DNA from: Candidatus Hadarchaeum sp.
GTDB taxonomy: Archaea > Hadarchaeota > Hadarchaeia > Hadarchaeales > Hadarchaeaceae
Length of the DNA: 64,000 bases
Direction of reading: 5' to 3'
Assembly: GCF_038871235.1 (NCBI RefSeq)
Contig: NZ_JAVZIN010000002.1
Span: 1 to 64,000 of the forward strand
In this document: in pieces, positions 10,427 through 19,389 of the stretch
Position numbering within the stretch: position 1 is the stretch's first letter
How the letters are laid out: each line of letters starts with the position of its first letter
Made by a program: the position numbers and the translations under genes
The notes under the pieces: model-generated
The model's database searches: none
What the model was told of the DNA's origin: nothing
Seen by the model: only the letters and a program-made list of their open reading frames with translations

Positions 10427-10906
10427 ATGAAGTCAAAAAACATGGTTGACGACATAGACATAGAGATAATACGGACCCTGCAAAAAGATGCTCGCTACAA
10501 CTTTGCCGATATTGCCAAAAAATGCGGTGTTTCTACAGATACCATAAGCAAGCGCTTCAAGAAGCTGAAACACGCCGGCATCATAAGAGGAACTACAATT
10601 CTGCTGAACCCGAAGAGCTTTGGATATGAATGCGTTGCTAGCTTTGGTTTAACCGTGGCTCACCTTTACGTTAAAGAAGTGGCTGATTTCTTACGAAAAA
10701 TACCTGAAGTTGTCTTCTGTTCTCCAACCATAGGGAGATGCAACTTGTTTGCTATTCTGGTTCTGGAAAACATTGGCAAGCTAAACGTGATCAAAGAATA
10801 CATCAAGGGGCATCCCAAGATCAAAGAGTTGGAAGCGAGCATATGGGTTGATGAAATATTATTGTGCCCCGAAAATTTCGACTTTGAGGGATTAAAAAAG
10901 GGTTAA
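10427..10906 (+). CDS. Lrp/AsnC family transcriptional regulator
   Basis: DDIDIEIIRTLQKDAR...IAKKCGVS wHTH plus RAM domain. Confidence 0.9.
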   Translation: MKSKNMVDDIDIEIIRTLQKDARYNFADIAKKCGVSTDTISKRFKKLKHAGIIRGTTILLNPKSFGYECVASFGLTVAHLYVKEVADFLRKIPEVVFCSPTIGRCNLFAILVLENIGKLNVIKEYIKGHPKIKELEASIWVDEILLCPENFDFEGLKKG

Positions 10907-10908
10907 GT

Positions 10909-11382
10909 ATGGACGAAATCGATCTGGCAATAATCGAAAAACTGACCAATGAAGCACGCACCTCTTTTAGAAAAATTGCTAAAGATCTTGGGTTATCTCC
11001 AGACACTGTAATAAACAGATACACGGCATTACTAAAAAACGGTGTCATAAGAGGATCAACTGTTGTAATTGGTCCAGACAAAATCGGATACCGGGCAATG
11101 GTTGCTTTCACGATTGATATCGCCCCATCCCACATCTTCGCGAAAGATACCATCCCTGTGGACTCTCAACTGATATTGGAAAAAATAATCAAAATGCGAA
11201 ATATAATAATTGCCACCAAAACATTTGGCGATCACGACCTGCTAGCTATTGGTGTCGCTAGAGATTTTGAGGACTTAATTAACTTAAAAAACGAAATCAC
11301 AAAAATACCTGGTGTCGAAAATCTACAGATTTCATTCTGGGTCGAAAAAATGGAAATTTGCGCCAAATACTTCATAGTTTGA
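10909..11382 (+). CDS. Lrp/AsnC family transcriptional regulator
   Basis: MDEIDLAIIEKLTNEARTSFRKIAKDLGLS; GDHDL. Confidence 0.9.
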   Translation: MDEIDLAIIEKLTNEARTSFRKIAKDLGLSPDTVINRYTALLKNGVIRGSTVVIGPDKIGYRAMVAFTIDIAPSHIFAKDTIPVDSQLILEKIIKMRNIIIATKTFGDHDLLAIGVARDFEDLINLKNEITKIPGVENLQISFWVEKMEICAKYFIV

Positions 11383-11433
11383 GATAGGAAACTAAATTCA
11401 AAACACCGGATTTGGCTGATCTTTTAAAACGTT

Positions 11434-11856
11434 TCAGCCGCGCACCAGTAGCGCCGCCCTCTCTCTGTCGTATCTCCAGTCCGCGGGCAGAATTCCCTTG
11501 CGCTTGTAGTAGGTTGCCAGCTTGTTAACCCTCGCTTCCACTCTCTCCAAGGACCTTTTAGTCCTGAAATCCTTCGGGTTCCGGCCGAGGTGGGTGGCTA
11601 TCCTCACCGCATTCCGGATGACGTTAACCAGATCTTCCGGGAGCTCCGATTTAATCCCATTGGCCTCTAATATTTCCTTTACGCTCTTCCCGGTGATTTT
11701 TTTGATATCTGGCACCGCATGCTGGTCACGCAGGATCAAGCCGATCTTGCTCAACGGAACTCCTTCCTTGCCCAGCTTAACTACTAGCTCTTCCACTTCA
11801 CCGGCAGAAAGCACCGCCCCTCTGCCCAAACTCAACCCTGCCTTTCTCGCGGCCAT
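11434..11856 (-). CDS. rps15: 30S ribosomal protein S15 (uS15)
   Basis: IGLILRDQHAVP, LPEDL, LPADWRY; GGTGA SD before ATG at 11856. Confidence 0.95.
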   Translation of the reverse strand: MAARKAGLSLGRGAVLSAGEVEELVVKLGKEGVPLSKIGLILRDQHAVPDIKKITGKSVKEILEANGIKSELPEDLVNVIRNAVRIATHLGRNPKDFRTKRSLERVEARVNKLATYYKRKGILPADWRYDRERAALLVRG

Positions 11857-11861
11857 TTTTC

Positions 11862-12425
11862 TCACCCTTTCACTTCTATGAACCAATTCAAAAACTTATC
11901 GACTGCCCTCGCGCGGTGGGAAAAGAGGTTCTTCTCCGAAACGGTCATCTCGGCAAATGTCCTGCCATTACCTTCACACGGCACGAAGATGGGGTCGAAG
12001 CCAAAGCCACCGGTCCCCCTCGCCTTCTCAGCCATCTTCCCTTTAACCCTACCTACAAACACCATTGGTTCCTTCCCGGGCTCGCAATACGCTACTGCCG
12101 ACCTGAATTCGGCGCTACGATCGTTAAAGCCAGCCATTAGCTTGATGATTCCGGGATTACCGATGGTGCGAAAGACATAGTTGGAATATGGGCCTGGAAA
12201 GCCGTTGAGGGCATTTACAAACAGTCCGGCGTCCTCCACAAAACAGGGTTTTCCCAGTTTGGTGCAGACCTCCATGACGCTTGCACGGGCTATCTCTTCA
12301 AGGTCATCCGATTGAATTTCTGTATAACGCCATTTGTAGTGTACAATCTCAACACCTCGTCTCCTCGCCAGCTCATTAACCTCACTGAACTTATGTTGAT
12401 TACTGGTCACGAAGATTAGCGCCAT
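11862..12425 (-). CDS. rdgB: XTP/dITP diphosphatase (Ham1/RdgB)
   Basis: TSNQHKF, VEDAGL, FPGPYS, FGFDPIF, SHRARA. Confidence 0.95.
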   Translation of the reverse strand: MALIFVTSNQHKFSEVNELARRRGVEIVHYKWRYTEIQSDDLEEIARASVMEVCTKLGKPCFVEDAGLFVNALNGFPGPYSNYVFRTIGNPGIIKLMAGFNDRSAEFRSAVAYCEPGKEPMVFVGRVKGKMAEKARGTGGFGFDPIFVPCEGNGRTFAEMTVSEKNLFSHRARAVDKFLNWFIEVKG

Positions 12426-13081
12426 GCCCTCTCCTCCTTGGACACATATCGTCCCCGGCTCTCAATATCTTTAGCTCTTTCGATTATCTCCTCTGCCCCT
12501 TCCCCAAACTCCTCTCGATAGCCCGAGAGAACCTCTGCATAAGCTTGGTCTGCTATTCTAAAGTGAGTACTCTGAAGCGCGCGTTTCAGGAGGTGCAAGT
12601 CAACGCCCCTCTCCTCGATTGATGAATCATATCCTCCCAGACCGAAATCGACAAAATAGACCCTGCCATCGGGTCTGATGATCATGTTGGAAGTGGTGAG
12701 ATCTCCATGGATTATCCCCGCCCGGTGAAGTCTCGCGATCTGTCTGCCTATCATGCGACACAGCTCCCTTCTTTTTGCAGATCTGAGCTTATCTAGGACC
12801 AACTTTACCTGTTTGCCCTCAATAAATTCCATAACGATCCTCATATTTCTCCTATCTACCTCATAAACGATCGGTGCCAATACACCCGCGCGCTTAGCAT
12901 CAGAAAGTAGCTTGGCTTCCTGAGCTGTTCTCGATTCACGAAGTCGAATGTCCAGCTCACTGATTCGATAGCGTTTGGGAATTCTGGTCTTCATCACGAC
13001 TTTGCCTTTGCCGGCCTGATGGAGGACCTTCGTGAACGACTCCAAGTAAAGATTGGCCTCAGCTCCTTTCTTAATCAGCAT
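12416..13081 (-). CDS. bud32: KEOPS kinase Bud32
   Basis: KGAEA, HGDLTTSN, DFGLG, RGRY. Confidence 0.95.
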   Translation of the reverse strand: MLIKKGAEANLYLESFTKVLHQAGKGKVVMKTRIPKRYRISELDIRLRESRTAQEAKLLSDAKRAGVLAPIVYEVDRRNMRIVMEFIEGKQVKLVLDKLRSAKRRELCRMIGRQIARLHRAGIIHGDLTTSNMIIRPDGRVYFVDFGLGGYDSSIEERGVDLHLLKRALQSTHFRIADQAYAEVLSGYREEFGEGAEEIIERAKDIESRGRYVSKEERAWR

Positions 13082-14077
<996 letters not shown>

Positions 14078-14216
14078 TCAATTTCAATCTTATAATTGGT
14101 GAAAAATATACGGGTTGTTGCCATGGTCGATTTAGATAAAATTCATTGATTGTTTTCAGTTTAGTTAATCTACAACGTTTAACCAAATAAAATTTATTAA
14201 ACTACTGTGTTTAATA

Positions 14217-15170
14217 TTGCTGGGATTTGAAGTGAAATTCAACCTACTGCCGGCGGTATTGATCGCAATTGCCCTTACCCTTTCGCTCTCCCTCGGCGCA
14301 TATCGAGGCCAAGACAGATTGATTGTCTCTACGACTACCAGCCTTTACGACGCAGGGTTATTGGACTTCATTGCGGAGCGCTATTTTGAACTTTACCACA
14401 TCAAGCTTGACTTCATCGCGTCAGGAACCGGCCAAGCTCTGGAACTGGCGAAAAACGGTGATGTCGATGTTGTCCTGACACACTCCCCTGCCTTGGAAAA
14501 CAAATTTTTGAAGGATGGGGTGGTTGGGGGAAGGAAAATTATCGCCTACAATTTTTTCATCATCGTTGGTCCGCCTGACGATCCCGCCAACATCGAGGGC
14601 CTTCCTACTATTGAGGCTCTCACCAAAATAGCCGCACTAAAGGTAACTTGGGTCTCAAGGGGGGACAACTCAGGGACCCACCTCAAGGAAAAAATACTCT
14701 GGGAAAAAGCTGGAATAGAGCCCTATGGCCAATCCTGGTATATAGAATCAGGTTCTGGAATGGGACAAACGCTGGGAATTGCTAGCGAAAAAAGAGCTTA
14801 CACTTTAACAGACACTGGAACCTACCTCAGATATCAGAATGAAGGAATAACGAATTTGGGCATCATCATCAAAAGTGGCGAGGAGCTGCTCAACGTCTAC
14901 AGCGTTATGGCTGTTAACCCAAAAAGAAATCCCAGAGTAAACTTCGACGAGGTTTTAAATCTAATAAAATTTCTGGTTTCCGACGCTGGGCAAGCACTAA
15001 TCGAAGAATTTGGGATGGAAGAGTATGGGACTTCGCTTTTCCTGCCAGCCGTACCAATTCTCAGAAATACCTCCGACCCAATTGCTGGTTGGATACGGGA
15101 CTATGCATTTATTGACAACAGCGAATGCCCACCGGAATTCAGGTTAGGGCAGGAGGAACTGTACCAATGA
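14217..15170 (+). CDS. tupA: Tungstate ABC transporter substrate-binding protein
   Basis: STTTSLYDAGLL, GTGQAL, SRGDNSGTH signatures. Confidence 0.92.
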   Translation: MLGFEVKFNLLPAVLIAIALTLSLSLGAYRGQDRLIVSTTTSLYDAGLLDFIAERYFELYHIKLDFIASGTGQALELAKNGDVDVVLTHSPALENKFLKDGVVGGRKIIAYNFFIIVGPPDDPANIEGLPTIEALTKIAALKVTWVSRGDNSGTHLKEKILWEKAGIEPYGQSWYIESGSGMGQTLGIASEKRAYTLTDTGTYLRYQNEGITNLGIIIKSGEELLNVYSVMAVNPKRNPRVNFDEVLNLIKFLVSDAGQALIEEFGMEEYGTSLFLPAVPILRNTSDPIAGWIRDYAFIDNSECPPEFRLGQEELYQ

Positions 15171-15802
15171 ACCAGCAGCTTTTGGATATCGTTCTTCGGT
15201 CGATATGGATTTCAGGGACCGCTTTACTTCTCTCTCTACTGTGGAGTCTGCCGATTTCGCTAGCTTTAGGTCTTAAAAGATTCAGGGGGAGAAACGTAAT
15301 CATCAGCTTCTTCAACGCCATGCTGGGTATACCAACAGTCGCTCTTGGGCTTTTTCTTTACATGATCTTCTCGCGCCGGGGTGTTTTAGGAGCCCTTGGT
15401 ATTCTCTACACACCAACAGCAATTATAATCGGACAAGCCGCGCTGATAACACCCATTCTGGTCAGTCTGCTCACCAACGCCATCGAATCCGTGGAACCAA
15501 GAATTAGAGACTTAGCCAGAACGCTGGGCGCAACTGAACGTCAGGCTTCTCTCACCGTTTTGAGGGAAGCTAAAAAAGGCGGCGTCCTAGCCGGGGTTTC
15601 CGCTTTTAACCGAGCCATCGCTGAGCTTGGCATAGCCCTTATGCTGGGAGGAAATATCCAAGGTCTTACTAGGGTGATGACTACTCAAATCGCCTTAGGT
15701 GTGAACCGCGGTGAGGTAGTTCTTTCAATTGAGGCTACCGTGGTGCTTTTGATCATCGTCTTTACACTAACACTGATCGCCAACCACTTTAGGGGGGATT
15801 AG
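15167..15802 (+). CDS. tupB: Tungstate ABC transporter permease
   Basis: Hydrophobic; RAIAELG...GGNI...TRVMTT; ATGA overlap with tupA. Confidence 0.9.
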   Translation: MNQQLLDIVLRSIWISGTALLLSLLWSLPISLALGLKRFRGRNVIISFFNAMLGIPTVALGLFLYMIFSRRGVLGALGILYTPTAIIIGQAALITPILVSLLTNAIESVEPRIRDLARTLGATERQASLTVLREAKKGGVLAGVSAFNRAIAELGIALMLGGNIQGLTRVMTTQIALGVNRGEVVLSIEATVVLLIIVFTLTLIANHFRGD

Positions 15803-16522
15803 TTGAGCGCCCACGTAAAACTGGAGAAGATAACTCGAAAATACGACGGTATAATGGCGCTACGGGGCATAAGTTTAGATGTTAAAAGCGGCGAAATTTT
15901 GACGATAATTGGTCCCAACGGCGCGGGCAAGACAACTTTGCTGAGAATCCTGGCCCTGTTAGACAAACCGTCATCGGGGAAACTCATCTACCAAGGACAA
16001 TCTGTGGATAGCTCAAACACGCCCTTCCTCAGGAAAAAAATAACCATGGTCTTTCAAAGACCTATACTGTTAAATGATACTGTTTTTGAAAACGTTGCTT
16101 ACGGGTTGAAGCTGAGGGGTTTAACGGAGGATGAAATTGCCGATCGGGTAGAAGCTGCCCTTGACTCGGTAATGTTAAAAAACTTCGCCCATCGAATGGC
16201 AAAAAAATTATCCGGAGGCGAACAACAGCGAGTTGTCCTAGCTAGGGCCCTAGTCTTAAACCCGGAACTGCTGCTTCTAGACGAACCAACTGCAAATCTC
16301 GATCCAACCAGCGCCACCATTGTTGAAAAAATCATCAGGCAGTTGCGCGGAAGAAGCACGGTTGTGGTCGCCACACACAACATTTTCCAAGCCAAAAGGC
16401 TTTCCGACAGAGTCGGTTGTATACTCAACGGTATGATTATTGATGTCGACAAACCGAAAAATATCTTCACCAAACCCAGAAACGAAATAATTAGAAAGTT
16501 CGTTCGAGGGGAGTTCTTTTAA
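15803..16522 (+). CDS. tupC: Tungstate ABC transporter ATPase
   Basis: GPNGAGKT, LSGGEQQR, LLLDEPT; operon context. Confidence 0.88.
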   Translation: MSAHVKLEKITRKYDGIMALRGISLDVKSGEILTIIGPNGAGKTTLLRILALLDKPSSGKLIYQGQSVDSSNTPFLRKKITMVFQRPILLNDTVFENVAYGLKLRGLTEDEIADRVEAALDSVMLKNFAHRMAKKLSGGEQQRVVLARALVLNPELLLLDEPTANLDPTSATIVEKIIRQLRGRSTVVVATHNIFQAKRLSDRVGCILNGMIIDVDKPKNIFTKPRNEIIRKFVRGEFF

Positions 16523-16575
16523 ATTATTCCTCACCCTTTTAACCAGAAAAATGAAAGCTAAATCAGAGGCGAAAT

Positions 16576-16803
16576 ATGCAGGCGTTGGTGTATATAAGAA
16601 CCGAGCCAGGCAAGGCGCTTAAGTTGTTGGATGCCGTCAAGAAGATTCAAGGTGTCCAAGTGGCCTTCGCAACCACGGGAAGGTTCGATATCGTGGCCAG
16701 GATCGAAGCCGCAGATTTAAAGGCACTCGGTGAAACCATCGTCGGTAAGATACAGTCACTACCAGGAGTAAAATACACTGAGACCTCACTGATAGTGGCC
16801 TAA
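16576..16803 (+). CDS. Stand-alone Lrp/AsnC ligand-binding (RAM) domain protein
   Basis: 75 aa; TTGRFDIV, IQSLPGVKYTETS. Confidence 0.85.
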   Translation: MQALVYIRTEPGKALKLLDAVKKIQGVQVAFATTGRFDIVARIEAADLKALGETIVGKIQSLPGVKYTETSLIVA

Positions 16804-16882
16804 ATTAACCGGACAATGAGACCGATGCCGGCCGATCCAGTCAAGATTAGCTTTCCTTCGACAAAAAACTGGAGCAGGTAAT

Positions 16883-17734
16883 ATGGTCACAGTTGTCTTC
16901 CTTGGCTCCGGTGGCGGAAGATTCCAGATGGTCGGCCAGTACTTCAAAACAGGTGGATTCAGGATCCATACAGGGGTAAAAGTGCATGTTGACCCTGGTC
17001 CCGGCGCACTCCTGCTCACCCATCAGTATGGACTGAGCCCATTAGACCTGGATGGCATCGTCGTCACACACTGTCACCCTGACCATTATACCGACACTGA
17101 GGTACTGATTGAAGCTATGACGAAGCACTCGACAAAGAAGAGAGGATCACTGATCTGTAGCCGGAGTGTCATCGACGGTGTCGGCGACTATGGCCCTGCT
17201 GTGTCAAGATACCACCAAAGAAAACCGGAAAAACTGTTAATCCCTAATAACGGGGAAAAAATTCAGCTGAACGACCTCGAGTTAGAAGCGGTGCCTGCGA
17301 AGCACAGCGACCCCACCACGTTCGGCATCATCTTCCACACGGACGACGGGGCAATTGGTTATACCAGCGACACCCAGTACTTCGAAGAGATTGCCAGATA
17401 CTACGATGGGATTAGGATTCTCATCGCCAACGTGACGCGCCCACTGTCGATGAGGATACCTTGGCACTTGTGCTCTGAAGACCTCATAAAAATTCTCACC
17501 GAAGTTAAGCCTGAGCTAGCCGTGATGATTCATATGGGTATGATGTTTCTAAAACACGAGCCACAATCGGAAGCGGAGAGGATAAAATCTGAAACTGGAG
17601 TAGAAACCATCCCAGGACAGGTGGGTCTACGTGTCGATATGAATGATAAAATCAAAATAACTAGGCCAAAAAAGCAGCCGACCTTAGATGAGTTTGCTAG
17701 ACCAAAGTTGGAAAACTTTGTTGGAGCCGAATAA
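16883..17734 (+). CDS. MBL-fold metallo-hydrolase
   Basis: FLGSGGGR, DPGPG, THCHPDHY, SDT. Confidence 0.88.
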   Translation: MVTVVFLGSGGGRFQMVGQYFKTGGFRIHTGVKVHVDPGPGALLLTHQYGLSPLDLDGIVVTHCHPDHYTDTEVLIEAMTKHSTKKRGSLICSRSVIDGVGDYGPAVSRYHQRKPEKLLIPNNGEKIQLNDLELEAVPAKHSDPTTFGIIFHTDDGAIGYTSDTQYFEEIARYYDGIRILIANVTRPLSMRIPWHLCSEDLIKILTEVKPELAVMIHMGMMFLKHEPQSEAERIKSETGVETIPGQVGLRVDMNDKIKITRPKKQPTLDEFARPKLENFVGAE

Positions 17735-17822
17735 CCAAAAAAGCATAGAATAGGCCATTTCGAAAAATCCATATAAACACAAAATCTTTTATAAACTAAA
17801 CTGAAGGGGGAATGGTGAATAT

Positions 17823-19145
17823 ATGAGTGGACTAGAACTTGAAAGATCCCGCAAACTTTGTGAAAAGTCTAAAAAAATCCAAGCTGGCGGAACTGGAAGT
17901 ACCCAAAGATTGAAAGTGATAACTGTTGACGGCACCACGATTTATATGGAGAGGGGAAAGGGCTCCAAGATCTACGACGTTGATGGAAATGAATACATCG
18001 ATTATTATTTGGACTATGGACCGCTGATAAATGGTCATGCTCATCCCGCCATAGTTGAGGCGATTAAAAAACAGCTTGAAAAGGGCACCATGTATGGAAT
18101 AAACAATGAACTTGAACTTACTCTTTGTGAAAAACTCATAAAACATGTGCCCTGCGCGGAGATGGTCGGATTTCACAGCTCGGGCTCCGAAGCCGTCCAC
18201 ACGGCGATCAGACTGGCAAGGGCCTACACAGGCAAGACCAAGATCATAAAGTTCGAGGGGCACTATCATGGGTGGTTCGATGACATCAATATTTCTGCCT
18301 TCAGCCCACCGAGAGGACCAGAAGAATCACCGGAACCCGTGCTCGCCGCGCCGCTCTGCCAGCCAAAGAGCGTACTAGAAAACATCATCGTTCTGCCTTG
18401 GAATAACGAGGAAGTTCTAGAAAAAACGCTCAAAAAGCAGGGAAAGGAAGTTGCAGGCGTTATTATGGAACCCATTGAATTAGGGCATGGAATCCTTCCC
18501 AAAGAGGGTTACATGAAAGCGGTTAGAGAGCTGACGGAAAAATACAATGTGCTCCTGATTTTCGATGAGGTGAAGACCATGTTCCGAGTTGGGCTAGGCG
18601 GTGCCCAAGGATACCTCAAGGTGACGCCGGATCTCTTCGTTTGTTCAAAGGCCATGGGTGGCGGCCTGCCAATAAGCGCCTACGGCGGTAAAAAGGAAGT
18701 GGTCGAGCTGATCTCCCAAGGTAAGGTTCCGGCCATGGGTACCTATAACGCTAACCCGCTGTCTCTAGCTGGGGCCATCGCAAACATCGAGGTGCTGGAA
18801 AAGGACGGCGGAAAGGCTTATAAACACATGTACCGGGTCGGAGAAAGGCTCATGAAAGGGATTAGAGAAATATTCGAGGAACTGAATGTGAAAGCAATTG
18901 TCAAAGGACTGCCCTGCCAGTTTGTCACCTGTTTCACAGAAATGTCGGCTGATGAAATCAACAACTACCGTGCATGGTCCAAAGCGATGGCATCGGCTCC
19001 AGAAAGGGGAGAAAAATTCAGGGTTGAGCTGCTCCACAGGGGGGTGTTTAACAGCTATCCTGACTGGCATCTGTCCACGGTTCATAGCGATAGCGATGTG
19101 GAAAAAACGTTAAAAGCCGTGGAGGACTCTCTCAAAGCCATCTGA
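17823..19145 (+). CDS. Class III PLP aminotransferase (GSA aminomutase-like)
   Basis: DVDGNEYID, SGSEA, FEGHYHG, FDEV, SKAMGGGLP. Confidence 0.88.
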   Translation: MSGLELERSRKLCEKSKKIQAGGTGSTQRLKVITVDGTTIYMERGKGSKIYDVDGNEYIDYYLDYGPLINGHAHPAIVEAIKKQLEKGTMYGINNELELTLCEKLIKHVPCAEMVGFHSSGSEAVHTAIRLARAYTGKTKIIKFEGHYHGWFDDINISAFSPPRGPEESPEPVLAAPLCQPKSVLENIIVLPWNNEEVLEKTLKKQGKEVAGVIMEPIELGHGILPKEGYMKAVRELTEKYNVLLIFDEVKTMFRVGLGGAQGYLKVTPDLFVCSKAMGGGLPISAYGGKKEVVELISQGKVPAMGTYNANPLSLAGAIANIEVLEKDGGKAYKHMYRVGERLMKGIREIFEELNVKAIVKGLPCQFVTCFTEMSADEINNYRAWSKAMASAPERGEKFRVELLHRGVFNSYPDWHLSTVHSDSDVEKTLKAVEDSLKAI

Positions 19146-19389
19146 TTTAGTATAGACCAAACGCGACTATTCGGGATCAAGACGCCGGGAATCTGATTTT
19201 TAACTTCATGGTTCCCGGTCGCCCGACCATTATTCGGCATCTTATCGCTTTCGTAAAAAATGACCGTAAAAAACAATAAACTGTCCAACAAACGCTATTA
19301 GCGAATTCATGAGATCAGAAACCATTAACGGTTGTTTTATATCAACAGATTGAAAAGGTGTTGAAGGAACACCCTAAGAGGATGGTCTT

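Noticed and set aside
10427-11382. Tandem Lrp-like genes as siroheme decarboxylase AhbA/AhbB
   Set aside because: No HxYxR motif and no heme-biosynthesis context; they look like ordinary Lrp regulators
17823-19145. Calling the aminotransferase hemL
   Set aside because: Family-level motifs only, divergent N-terminus and no hem genes nearby
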